The notes: generated by a model from the sequence alone, not told the origin. Shown: positions 25,341 to 38,030, counted from the first letter of the stretch. The stretch: 64,000 bases of DNA from Hormiphora californensis (GCA_020137815.1 CM035362.1:1488001-1552000), one strand, 5' to 3'. Made by a program: numbers and translations.

Positions 25341-26347
25341 GGAGAGAGAGAGAGAGCAGAGCGAGAGAGAGAGAGAGAGGAGAGGACGGAGAAGACTCTC
25401 TCTCTCTCTCTCTCTATCATTCTCTTCTATCTCTCTCTCTCTCTCTCCCTCTTCTATTTTTCCCTTTCTTTTACTAGCTAATGTTACAATCTGTCTTCTC
25501 TATCTCTGGTAAACACAACGATCTCATCTCCCAGGTTACGAACTATTGGAACACGTTAAAGAACAACCTGTTTTACAACGCCCATAACGCCCCCTTTGAC
25601 TGTGTCTACCACCAAGACGATCGCAAGATACTTCTGGATATGGGTAACAGCTACTGGAAGGGGATATCTGCAGTGGCAGTACCTGCTGTCCTCATTTTCG
25701 TGAACCTATATTTTATCATCTGCTGTGCATGGCCTAAACACGCTCAGGCGGCAACTCGAGTTGTATTGTTCCCCTGGGGCTTGTACTGGTTGTGGCGAAA
25801 AGAACAGCGGGAACGGGAGTTCTATATGAACATTGGACGGCCTCGAGGGTCCGTATCAGGGGCACAGATGGCTCATCGTTCAGATGATAATGTCTCTTTA
25901 GAGTCTGGAGATGCAGTTAGCCCGGTATTTTACACTACCACTCCCAGTACACAGGACGGAAGGGTAAGGTTCATGCTGAGCGATTCACTGCGAAACTCTA
26001 TCCGGAACAACAACCCAACTTACAACGCAGCTGATGTCTCGGCTATCATACCAGCTGATCAAACAACAATAACAACAACAACAACAGCAGCTCTAGAGGA
26101 CATCATCGGTGACTTAGATTCCCTGTTATCAAGTCTTGGTGATCCGTCTAACCAAGGTTTGGAGGCAGGTATTTCTGAAGTACCCCCGATAGAAGAAAGG
26201 AACGGTGAAACAGTGCCCCCGATATATCCAGAAGAAAGGGAAGTATCAGCACCTCCCATGTCAGACCCAGAGACACCTCTGTCGATCTCCGAGCAACCCT
26301 CACATGACGCTCCACCTTCATATGATGAAGTGATGAAGTGGACTTGA
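24818..26347 (+). CDS. KCNMB/CaKB-like membrane protein, paralog A (indels in exon 1; possible pseudogene or assembly error)
   Basis: Exons 24818-25256 and 25535-26347. TM1, Cys-rich loop, TM2, extra hydrophobic segment and C-terminal APPSYDEVM; aligns with paralog B only with frame changes at ~25045-25130. Confidence 0.65.
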
Positions 26348-26805
26348 GAGTCGTTCAGAGACTGAAGAAAGAGTTTTTTGAGAAACGATTAAAAAACACA
26401 CATTGGTACTTGCAACAAATTCCAATCCAACCGCATGGAGATTGTAGATACTAGATGAGAGAGAGAAGAGAGCTGCTAGTAGTTTCATCCATACTGGATT
26501 AGTCTAATTTTATATTGTATCAAATATTTTTTGCATGTTTTTTCATGAAAATTACAGTTTTAATTCTTTAATAATTTTTAAATTCTGTGTTTTGATCGTT
26601 ATCCACTCCATAAACTCGGCTACCATTATGATTATGTAACATACACTCTCCCAAATGTTTAGTAGTAGTAGTAACACCATGGTAGCTGGTTACGGTAGCT
26701 AAAACAACCGAAACAACTAATCAAGGGCACTCTTAATTTCAACCTCCAACTAAACCATTATCACTAGAGACCCGATTTTTGGCTACCAATACAATCCAAA
26801 CTAAA

Positions 26806-27858
26806 ATGGTAATCGAGCATCCTCGCTACGTCAGACTCCTTCTAATCCCTCTGTTTCTCCTCTGCCTAACCCTCATCCTCCTCGGCTCTCTTTACACACC
26901 TCACAACCTCTACAGCCCAGAGTTCAAACTGGGAAAATGCGAACTGATTACCAAGGATACTAAGGATGTTGAGAGATATTTATCGTGGGCTACATGTGAA
27001 TATCAGGAGCCCTTTCTAGGTGAAATGAGGGAGCGGAGATATCCCTGTCTGAAGGTCCAGGCGTGGTGGTATGTTGATGAGAGATACCGGGATGAACGTG
27101 AAAGGTATTATAGCGAGTACACCTACCCATACATCGGTAAAGGTAACATCGGGGTTAACGCTAGTGCGGTTAACCACGGCTGTTTAACGGTAACGCAATG
27201 TTTGGAGGATGAAGATGTAATGAGGGCTAGAGTTATGGATGTATGGTATAGGTTACTAGAACTAGTTAGGAAAAGTAAGGACGGAATCTTTGAATGTGCC
27301 TACCGGCCTTATGAATTTGATCAATTTTTTATTGATGATGGTTCAATCCTAATGCGAAGGGGCTACACGTATGATAGAGGAGTGGCAGCCGTCGTTGTGC
27401 CTTCTGTTTTAATAGGTATCAACATTTATATGATATTACTATCTGCTTGGCCCCGTGTCACCAGGATCTGGACTGGGGTTGTGTTTTTCCCTCTTTGGAC
27501 TCTGTGGTGTCTGTGGAGGAAACTGGTTAAGGAATCTGAGGAGGAGGCAATGGGTGGGAGAGTATCTCGAGGCAATGAAGGGGTTGGGGAGGTGGCAATG
27601 GGTGGGAGAGTATCTCGGGGCAATGAAGGGGTTGGGGAGGTAGCAATGGGTGGGAGAGTATCTCGGGGCAATGAAGGGGTTGGGGAGGTTGAAATTGGTC
27701 GGAGAATGGTACCAACTATTGTACCGCCTGCTCCGCTAATCTCCAACGAATATCGTCCTTCCTCTTCCAATAATACTGACCCACCTCATCCCTCCTCTTC
27801 TGCAGCGCCACCATCGTATGATGAAGTGATGGCATCAAACTTGAACTATGATAATTAA
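26806..27858 (+). CDS. KCNMB/CaKB-like membrane protein, paralog B (single exon)
   Basis: 350-aa ORF from ATG 26806: TM1, YPCLKV, GCLTVTQC, FECAYRP, ILMRRGY, TM2, three 16-aa repeats, PPSY motif. Confidence 0.72.
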   Translation: MVIEHPRYVRLLLIPLFLLCLTLILLGSLYTPHNLYSPEFKLGKCELITKDTKDVERYLSWATCEYQEPFLGEMRERRYPCLKVQAWWYVDERYRDERERYYSEYTYPYIGKGNIGVNASAVNHGCLTVTQCLEDEDVMRARVMDVWYRLLELVRKSKDGIFECAYRPYEFDQFFIDDGSILMRRGYTYDRGVAAVVVPSVLIGINIYMILLSAWPRVTRIWTGVVFFPLWTLWCLWRKLVKESEEEAMGGRVSRGNEGVGEVAMGGRVSRGNEGVGEVAMGGRVSRGNEGVGEVEIGRRMVPTIVPPAPLISNEYRPSSSNNTDPPHPSSSAAPPSYDEVMASNLNYDN

Positions 27859-27968
27859 GAGAGGTCCGAGAGAGAGAGAAATCAGACTTCTCCTGGTGCA
27901 TTAATTATGTTCTCGTTTTTATATCTGGCACTCGCTCCTGCAATAATAATTCTTGTTGATTTTGATTA

Positions 27969-28149
27969 TAAAGTCGGACCCCGATTTACCGGGATGCTCG
28001 GGGGAAATGGTTTTGCCCGGTAAATCGGGGTGCCCGGTATATCGGGGCGGGGTCAAATACCGTTACTTTCGTATATCGGGGGAAATTTATCCTCCCGGTA
28101 AATTGGGGTTCCGGTAAATCGGGGCCCGGTAAATAGGGGTCCGACTGTA
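27969..28149. mobile_element. Tc1/mariner-type MITE (CAGTCGGACCCCGATTTA family)
   Basis: Inverted ends AGTCGGACCCC / GGGGTCCGACTGTA, TA flanks, internal CCCGGTAAATCGGGG repeats. Confidence 0.8.
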
Positions 28150-29315
28150 GTTTTTATCGAGAAGAATCTTTAAATTTTAATTTAAGTTACTAATTACAAT
28201 TAATTAAGTGAGTTTATATTTATTTTTATACTCTTATCTAACGGCTTACTTGTTTTTTGTGTTCCACATTTTTCTGTTTTATCACAATTGTATGCAGGAA
28301 GGCGAATTAATCATGGCAGCATGACAATCATGCTATAAATCAGGGAGCGAGAAGCATGGAACGGCCACGATGATAATAACGGTATGTAATAATTATTGAA
28401 AATATTTATGATTGTAGATATTTTCAAAATTAAAGTAACCGTTCCCACTTCCTACCTCACCCCCCCCCCCCCCCCCCCCCGAGTGAGGGAAAGAGAACAA
28501 GTTATTTTTAGGAGAGAGGGGAGTAGAAACTTGATATCCCATTTCTCAAATTGTGTGTGTGTTTGTGAGCGTCTGTTGGTACATGTGTATCTCTCCAAAT
28601 TTCTTCCCCCTCCCTGTTTCCCTTCCTTTCTCCATGTCTCTCACCTTGCATGTTTGTATGTTCGTCTCTCTGTGTGTGTGTGATTGTTGCTGTGGCTTTG
28701 TGAGTGCGTGTGTGTCTCACACACACACACACACGCACAGCCGCGAGAGAGAATTAGATAAACAGACGGACAAAACGACATCAACCAAACGGAGGGCGCA
28801 TCATCTGAAACGGAGGGTGCAAGGCGCGTGATTTGAATCGCAGTCTCTGCCGCGCGCGCAGTCGAACTGGCGATGTGCAACATCCACTTGGTTGAGAGAA
28901 CATCCGATGCAATCTGGTCACCTCTCTCCTCATTCTTTGTTACAGGTTACTATGTATTTGAAAATTGACTTTCTTATCCTTACAGGTAGTACACCGGTAC
29001 GATTGAAGTAGAGACTAAAAGTGGACGACGACTCGTTAAACGAATGAAGTAGAAATGGACACTAAAACCGAGAGTAGACTTGGAGTGGACTCTTTAAATG
29101 GATAACGAAAGGTATGGTGAGAAGGTAGTTTTCTTTATTGTACGGGTATACCAACCAAACTCAACTAATTTTAATATAACTGCAGACAAATTATTGAATT
29201 AAAAACAGTGACAAAGCTTTATCAATCAGTGTTGCTCAAATAACTATCATGCAAATGCTCTGACCGCCGTTCTCTCGCGAAGAGAGAATAGGTTCACAGA
29301 CCAATGCTCCGACAG

Positions 29316-31048
29316 TCAAACAAGCAGCCAATCCTCCCCGTCTAATTCTAACAGCTTCTTGTAGTGTTTCACCAAGTCTGACCAGAAATCTGGTATCCAT
29401 GTTGGGGAGTGGGCCTTCAGGAATGGGTTAGTTGGTAAGTGCTCTGTGGGGTCTGGGAGGGTAATGTCTGATCGGATTCCTATACTGGGTTCCTGTTGGA
29501 AGTGTACCAGAGTTTAGGAGAAGTGAATGTTAATGTTGTAACTTGTAAGTATGTATATCAGAGTTTAGAAGATATTAATGTTGGAAGTAATAGTGTTAGT
29601 AGTGTTAGTGATTGGTATACCAAATTCTCTTGATTTGTTCAGACCCTCTCAAACCCCTTGGTAACAGCAGTATTATTACACTGTAATGTAATTAGAGCAA
29701 AAACTAATTGAAATTAGTTCGCCAGAAAGGTGGCCCATTTTGAACTTACTCCTTCATTTCCGTCACCTTTGAGTTGAGTCTTCAAAGACATTGAGGTATC
29801 CGTAAACTTTTCCGCCTTCAACTCAAAGGTGACGGAAATGAAGGAGTAACTTCAAAATGGGCCACCTTTCTGGCGAACTAATTTCAATTAGTTTTTGCTC
29901 TAAATTTGTACTCTTTTTTGGTCGTTTGAGGTCATTTATGACCTCAAACAACTAAGATAATTGTCAACTAAAGTGTTCAAATGTAATTCAAATGTATCCT
30001 GGGTTGTAGAAAACTGATTTGACGAAATTTTCAAAATTCGACGTCATTTTGACGTCGTGACGTCACACGTGACGTCACGACGACGTAAAAAATTATGACA
30101 GACTATTTGGTCAATGAAGCACTAAACGTGTGAAAAGTTTTAAAGGCCATGGTAGTCAAGAACTGAAGTTATTGCACGAAATGTGAGTTTTTTTTCGTGG
30201 ATTTTCACATCAAATTTTTGAGTTCCGACGCGTTTTAAGTTCTAAAAATGACAAGTTAGAGAAAATCACTATATAGTATCTTAAAGTTCAGACAATTTGC
30301 CACTAACGATTTTCCGTCAAATCAGGAATCAGAATACGTCTTGAGGGTGTTAGAGGCGTTTAAAAACATTTGGTCTGAGATTTTTCAATGACGTCACTTT
30401 GTGACGTCATTATGGTCGTCATAGTGGACATTTTCACTCGAAACCTTAACTAATGCATGCCCCAAACGATTTTCTAACGGATAAAACTTGGTTCAAGTCT
30501 CTAGCTAGTATGGTTCGGGCTACAAGTGTTACACAGTGAAGCGTCTATAGCTATATATATATATATATATATCTATCTATCTATCGCCACACTGAATTTT
30601 CTGTTTTGGGGGTGGTGTCATAACTTGCGACCGGAATAAGCTAGCTACTTGAAATTTTTACCGTCAGTAGAGGTATATGTGAAGCTTCTTAGTACCAAAT
30701 TTCAGCCTCCTAGCTCATCTGGTTCCGGAGTTAGGAGGGGTCGAAAAGTGCCAAAATGGGCTAAAACTTCAAAATTGTTATATCTACGCTGTTGGCAAGC
30801 GGGCCCATTTTTTGGGAAAAGTTTTAGGGGGGAGGGGATGAGGCCACCTTTGCGCTTGCCAGCGCAGTGATGGGGTATCATATATACAACTAGTTGTACT
30901 GAACTTACAGTACAACTATAGTTGTATGATACCCCATCGATAACCGCGATTGGAGCCTAACTAACTATGATAGTATGGAGTACATACCTTTATTGAGTGA
31001 GAGGAGCGAAATTCCGTTAGTATAGCTTGAGTGAGAAGGTACCAAGAA
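29316..31048 (-). CDS. Possible last two exons of an unidentified gene
   Basis: Phase-compatible AG/GT-bounded segments 30988-31048 (SWYLLTQAILTEFRSSHSIK) and 29316-29492 (EPSIGIRSD..PDFWSDLVKHYKKLLELDGEDWLLV*); no homology recognised. Confidence 0.35.
29692..29903. repeat. Inverted repeat, ~85-bp arms
   Basis: TTAGAGCAAAAACTAATTGAAATTAG.. mirrored across a ~40-bp spacer. Confidence 0.85.
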
Positions 31049-32069
31049 CTAAGAAGGCTAATAACAAGAAATACCACAAAACTACGCATTCTGCCTCTCT
31101 CTCTCTCTCTCTCTCTCGCTGGTTTGTTTCGTTGTAGAGCTTGGAGTTCTAGGATCCACTATCTGTGTGTGTTTCAGTTGGTTGCTGAACTTTTCTCCTC
31201 AACTCGCGGAGTTCTGATCAGTGTATGTGTGTTTCCAATAACTCGGGGTTCTGATCAGTGTAGGTGTGTTTCCAATATACACGAGAAGGGCTATTACACA
31301 AAATCAAAACAACCCCAATTGGATAAGGTCCAATATACTGTACATCGTGCTCTAATCGGCCCTCTAACGAGGAATGCGAATTGGCTTACGCATCCCTCCC
31401 GGTTCATCTCCATTATGTTTTTGGGATTGGGCCAAAGGGTTTTACTGTTACACCCAATTCATTTTGATAACTTGGTTTGTATTGGTAATTGTCAGAACTT
31501 GACCGTCCCTCACCTTATCTCTCTGTCTCACCCCGGTCATATCTGCTTCCGTTTAAAAAGTGAAACCGGTCAATATTTTTCTCTTTCTTTCTGGTGGGGG
31601 GTGTCACATAGTGACCGACTCATCAGTTTGTAAGGCATGACCAGATCTCATCAGGTCCTATGGGGGAGATGTAATCTGACTTGCTCCACTTAGATGACTG
31701 GCTTACACTCCTCTATAATACCTCGCCCCTGTGTGTAGTCTACAATGTATCCGGGACTGTATGGCGGCGCCATACCCCATTTGATTCTCAGTGCGCTCAG
31801 ATGGGTCGCGGCGCCAGACAGATCCGGGCTGGATTACTATAGTTTTCATCTTCTTTGTATTAGGGCTCTAGATTTTAATTGTTTTACAATATTTATGACC
31901 TTTTCTCTTAAATTATGACCTTTTCTCATATATGCAGATCCTAACTAAGACTGACAGTCGACTGATGCTGTTTATTTTTGGCAGTTGGTTTGAAGTTGCA
32001 ACTTGCGGTGAAACCTAAACAATAATATTGCAACATTACATACCCCACCCTTCATAAGAAGAGAGAGAT

Positions 32070-32130
<61 letters not shown>

Positions 32131-33336
32131 CCTAAAGAAAGCAATTGCATCTTCGTAAGAGCCCCATGTTTTTAGAGAAGGTTGTTTTCAGTTCATTGTT
32201 CATTGTTTTCTGTCTGTGTTGATTGGCTGGTTCACACGCATATATATTCTCACATATACTCTCTATACCATGTATATGCGAGCATGAGTTCAATGTTCAT
32301 GCTTACTTTATAAAATATCCAATATGCAAAGGAGTTAGAAAGAGAGAGAGAAAGACAGAGGGCGAGAGAGAGAGAGAGAGAAAGAGATAGAGAGAGAAAG
32401 AGAGGGAGAGAGAGAGAGAGTGTGAGAGGGAGAGAGAGAGAGAGAGAGAGGGAGATAGAGAGAGACATAAAGAGATATAGAGAGAAAGAGAGGGAGAGAA
32501 AGACTAAGAAATATCAATGAAGGAGGGACTAGCCAGCTTCATTGAATCTCAAGCATAAAGAACTCTAGCGATCGTTCGTATGATTCATTAATGTATATCA
32601 TGTGCATGTAATAAACATTTTGACTATGCACTATGCAGTTCATACCCGTCGATATTCAGATGGCGAGTAGCTTGGTCTTAGTTCTACTGAAATAGTGTGC
32701 GTCTGGGGCAACAAAATTCCAGATATCGTAGAGCCCTAAATTTGACACATTTACTCTATGGGGCAAATAAATAACTATGTGTGGGAGTCCCTCCCCCTCC
32801 CCTCTTTCTATTTTGTTTCTCTCGATCACAAGAAATAGTACATACTACTACATGACGCTCACAGCTTGTTGATACACATTTTCGCTACCTTTAGTATCTT
32901 ATCATCCCTCTCTCACTCGCCCTCTAATTCTATTACTCACTAATTCTATCTCAGTTTCACATCTTTCCGATGCTTGTTTGCGACGTCCTCGACTCATGTT
33001 ATATATCGAAATAATAGCTGATATTATCTGTAATGTGTTTTAACTTATGTTATACTTATAGTGTTTTCTTGGAGTCCTAAAAGTAACTTTACTCTAGATT
33101 TTAAGGGGGAAATGTAGTTGGGAGGTAGTCTTATTGTTAATATGGGTAACGATCTCTCAATTTCAATCTCTAATCCAGGAAGGCGAAAGGTATATCCCTT
33201 GAAAAATATATATTTTGTCAGGATCAAATATTCACAGACATCTAAAAATGTCTAAAATGTCTCACCTCCTTTAAGTTCAGATTGGTCATAATATTATGCC
33301 AAAACTATAAACACTGAACAATAACACTCAATCCAG

Positions 33337-36300
33337 GCGCGTGGCGGAGACTCCTTTCTATTTTGTAACGACTGTGCAGAGTGGGTAGCAGGACGTTATG
33401 TAACAGACAAGGTTTACCCTTGTTTCAATGCCCCGACATGCCGGGCATTTCTCAGTCCTGTAACGTACCCCCCAACGCGGCAGTTTTACCATTGCATGTG
33501 TGGTAATCTTGATGTTAGGTGAGTTTCAGGTGAAATTAAATTTCGATTATAATTGTTTGCTAGCGTACTTGGTAGCCTACATCGGCTCCTGAAAGGGTAC
33601 CATTCAAGAATCTTTGTTTTCGTACAAATACTCGCGAGAGCTAGGGTCTATCAAGACAATCTTAACCTCTCTCCCCTCACCCGCAGGGAGAATTACACGC
33701 CAGTAGTGTTGGGATGTACGAGGTGTGGGGAGTTAGTTAAACCAACCCTAGAACCACCCCAGCAGTTCTTCTACCTGTGCGCTTCCTGTGGTAAGTTCCA
33801 GGAACCGACCGACACAAGTAAACAACCAATCAGAACTCGTTATTTAGGTCACGTGACTAGTTATCAGCCAATCAGGGACCAGTATTTCCTGATTCGGTCG
33901 GTTCCTGGTTCTCCAGTTGATCAAAGTGGGCACCTGCTGTCCGGCCAATGCTCTGACCACAGTTTTCGCGCTCTGCAGAACATAAATGAGAATATAATAG
34001 GGTCAGGCCAATGCTCTGGCAGGGTACCCGTGGAGTCCTGTGGGGTATAACACAATTATGGTCTTTATATTCATTGGTGACGGTGTTGTATGTAAAGAAT
34101 GTTAATATGTAATACCTGATACCTAACCCAGGAACATTTTGGGATAAAGTTTGCTATGGCAACGAAACAGAATCTTGTTTGGAGTGTGGATTTGAGGTTG
34201 TACCACGGAGTGAGCCCCCACCAACATGGTACAATAATTAGACATTGATTATTGTTCGACATGATTATTGTTCGACATGATTATTGTTCGACATGATTAT
34301 TGTTAGACATGGGCCCTATTACTGCTGCAGTATTACTAGTTCACTTCAGTCAAAGCTCTATTTACCGGTTTACTGGATCTCGATATACCACTAGGAGCCC
34401 GGCGGGGTTTGACTACCAAATATCCCTCCTGTACAGGTATTTGTGGTGTATGTGTGGGGAGAGGACTTCTACACAAAGTTACAAACTTGTTATCATCGAT
34501 TGTCCAGGTGAGTGAACGCTCTAGAACCAGATAAAATATGTAGGTATTATATCCCTTCTTGGTTAGTTTTTGTTTTAATTTTCATCTGAATTCCTTTCTT
34601 TCTTTCTCTGCCGTCTTTCCTTCTTTCTTTGCTTTCTTTCTTTCCTTCTTTGCTGTCTTTCTTTCCTTCTTTGCTGTCTTTCTTCCTTTGACTTTCTCTG
34701 CTTCTTACCACCCTTCTTTCTTTGCTTTCTTTCTTTCCTTCTTTGCTGTCTTTCTTCCTTTGACTTTCTCTGCTTCTTACCACCCTTCTTTCTTTGCTTT
34801 CTTTCTTTCCTTCTTTGCTGTCTTTCTTCCTTTGACTTTCTCTGCTTCTTACCACCCTTCTTTTTTTCCTTCCCATCTTCATTCTCATCTTCTGAGGGAT
34901 CTTGGTCGGAAAATGTTGGTGGATTGCACTTTCCGCTGAAAGAGAGAACACCCAAAGTTATTAGCCAATAACTAGAAAGTTGATTGCCAGTTTTCACCTG
35001 GGTTAAAGTTAAACTATAAAGTCTATGGACTTGGTTTTAGTTTATTATCTGTAATTACCTGGTACATTGGAAGGTAGGAATGAATAATCGCCAGCTGATC
35101 CTGCAGTTATTGTTAACTTTTCGATCCATCAGCATGTGGCCTTTATACCCCCAATCCGCTCCCCACGAATTGCGAATCTAGACAAGATATGGGTTACTGT
35201 TATTTGTAGGGAAGAGCTAAAGTATCGCCCATTGGGCTGCTATACAAAACATGAATTCCCTCAATCATGTTGGCAATAACGGGAAAGACCGGGTCTTCGA
35301 AGACCAAATGTGTTACTTACCCTCCAGTAAGGATGTCCCTGTTCCTTTCCATATCCTACCACAGCGACCGCGTGTAACCCTCCTTTCCCCGAATTACACC
35401 CTGCTACATCTTTATACATGCCTCTACTGTACGAGAAGAGTGATGTGGGACAGCTAACTACAACAGAAACAATTCCCTCGGCAGCGAGCCGGAGAAGTAC
35501 TGCATCATCTCCATAAATCTGTCTGTGTCCGGTCAGTTTTGCTTTGGTCAGAGAGTTACCAGTGTTGTCATAGTTACACGTTCTGTCCTTAGCAACGTAA
35601 GGAGCCTGGTCCTCCGAGGCCAGTCGCCCGGATTTCTCCACGTAGTCATATGCACGGTTCATCCATCCACCCCCACAACCGTTGTTTAATGGTTCGTTTT
35701 CTGTTTTTTTCCGTGATTTTTTTCAATATTTTTCGAAGGAACAGTCAAGGATTTCCTGTTCGGAAAATGCGACAAGGTCACCAGTTGCTAGGTAATACCC
35801 GCCTTCAAAGGCTGATATAGCTGAGAAAGCCCAACAAGAACCACATTGCCCTTGATTTTTTACCGGAACTTGGGCACCTCGGGAAACCCAGTTAACGTCA
35901 GAAGGTAGGGAGGCATCGTTGCTGGTAAGAGTGATGGTAGATACTTCCTCTGCCTCCAGATCCCAAGGTGCGGCAGTGGAGATATTGATACCAAGATGAA
36001 GAGCCCGTTCAGGTTTGGTCATGATCGAGAACTTGTTGACCTCCGCCGTGAAAAGACTGTCGGAATCAGAGTTGATCTCATCCACGGTTTGCTTGTACTC
36101 TTTGAAGGCTAAGAAATGCTCCTTCAAGGCCTTCGGATTTGTGGTCCGTAGTACCATCCCATCGTCTTTTGAGAACCGTCTTACTGCTGCGAGGTACTCG
36201 TCAACAAGGGATGAGGAAGAGATTGCAAAGAGCAGAAGTAGAAGGAACAAAGTCCTCATCCTAAATCAAGCGAGTTTGAACTTGATGTCAAACGAAGAAA

Positions 36301-38030
36301 GAATCTTACAGTATTGCACGTGCAGTTCTTTTTGTGCAGTTTTGAATAGTATTGTTGGCATGGTGACAAGTGGGAGTTTTCCGACATTTGGTACCGTTTA
36401 TTGTTTAAATTAAACGTCAATCAGTTAGCGATGGGATCGGTTTTCAACAAGTCTTTGGTGTTTTGGTGTACCCTGTTACAGAAATTATAATTTCTAACAA
36501 GTCACCTATAATCATATTAAGTGTTCACTGGTCAGTGAGATGCCTAACCAATCTAATCCCCTCATTGTCCAGGTAAACAGTGCAGAGAGAAGATAACGGG
36601 GAGAACGGATGTCCCTGAACCGATGTATTACAAGTGTAAAGCGTGCCCTGTTTATACCAAAGGAACAGGGTATCTAGATATCCCTCAGCCATGTACAGGG
36701 TGTCCCGCTAAAATATGGCCACAAAAAGGTAGAAATTAGCCCCGTTTTGGGACCAAATAAAAAGTATTTGGCATTTTGATTTTCATCCTGATGCATGCCT
36801 TGTTCGACCCCCTCTCTTGTTACACAATTATAAACATTCTAACATGAACACTCGTCAAAGGACGCGGAGAGAGAGAGAGGGTCGAACAAGGCAACCCCTC
36901 TCTCCTCACCATTCATATTTCTTGTGTTTCACTATTTAGGTGGCCCACATTAGAAACTAATTGCTCTTCCAACAGCCCCAGAAACCCAGCACTATCTCTG
37001 TCCTAAGTGTTGGATGTACTTTTCCCTGAAGTCCGACCCGCTGGAGAAACTACGATGTCGAAGACAGGACTGCAAAACACTCATAACACCAGTCATAGGT
37101 AGTGTTTATTGATTTCTTCCAATCTTGATGATCAAGTTGGTCCCGTCTTGATTCTATGTGCACTCAGATCGGGTCAGCCCTGCCAGATATATTTTGATTA
37201 AACAGTCCTTCCCTTGCGTGAATGTGACTCACACCCATCGAAGGGAAGGTGTGGCTACATTGTGAGACATTCTAAATCTCCGTCCCACCTCTCAGATCGC
37301 CCTGAGAACATCTATCTCCGGAGGGGTAAATATGTCACACCGATACCTGAGAATGACAACGAACGGAAGGTGCCCTGTTACTTTTTGTGTGGTTGTGGGG
37401 CACTGGCTGGTGATTATTGGTGGGAGCAAAGTTGGAATCCTACTGTTACACAGTTTTGTGAGAGGTGAGTTTTGAAACATTACGTTTCGGTCTTGTTTTG
37501 AAAACAAGATCGAGTTGTGAACCCGAAACAGTTTCGCTCCCATTCCATGACTATGAAATGGACAGAATTGAGACCGAGTCTAACTCTAAGATTGGCTGTG
37601 GAGTCTGAACACTGTTTCGATAGTGTTTCGAACAAGTTGTTATGTACTATTACAGTTTCGTTCCCATGCCTTGAGTTACGGAAACTCAGAAAGGGAGAGA
37701 TTTGAGTCAAACAGTTTTTTTGTGTTATACTATTCCCATATTTCTTGTCCGCTACCGTGATCGTGAAATCTCTTAACCTGTGTTACACCAACAACAATAC
37801 AACTCCAAACCTCTAAACCTCTATTAACCTCTTCCAGGTGCCAGTTTGACGTCTACCCCTTCCTCCACCCCCTACCCAACCGACAACACACAGGGTACTT
37901 CCAATGCAAATGTGGCGTCAAGTGGCGTAGTGACAGGGCGTATCCGGGTGTGGCTCAGGCGTGTAAACAGTGTTATGAGAGCGTTAAGCCACTGCTGGTG
38001 GAGCCGAAGAGTAAGGGAGTGGTGGTGTGA
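33337..38030 (+). CDS. Multi-zinc-ribbon protein with ~8 CxxC..CxxC units (3CxxC/ZCCHC24-like); 5' end unresolved
   Basis: Phase-consistent exons 33337-33518, 33687-33790, 34307-34507, 36573-36728, 36976-37098, 37296-37464, 37838-38030; last unit [33 protein letters not shown]. Confidence 0.78.
33799..33907 (+). mobile_element. hAT-type MITE (CAGGAACCGACCGA family)
   Basis: Intact TIRs; starts 8 nt after a GT donor. Confidence 0.85.
34239..34311 (+). repeat. 16-bp tandem repeat (4 copies) spanning an acceptor
   Basis: GATTATTGTTCGACAT x3, then GATTATTGTTAG|ACAT (true acceptor at 34306). Confidence 0.85.
34575..36259 (-). CDS. Papain-family (C1A) cathepsin L-like protease with basic repetitive C-tail; nested antisense; one in-frame TGA
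   Basis: Signal peptide, I29-like prodomain, [34 protein letters not shown]. Exons 35321-36259, 35059-35177, 34575-34935. TGA at 35723-35725 is in frame. Confidence 0.88.

Noticed and set aside
28900-29115. Plus-strand AG/GT-bounded segments as 5' exons of the zinc-ribbon gene
   Set aside because: They could not be joined in phase to exon 33337.
31031-31633. 200-aa plus-strand ORF
   Set aside because: Non-ATG start, includes microsatellite and a local duplication, and shows no recognisable domain.
35723-35725. Selenocysteine at the cathepsin TGA
   Set aside because: It does not align with a conserved Cys and no SECIS is recognisable by eye.
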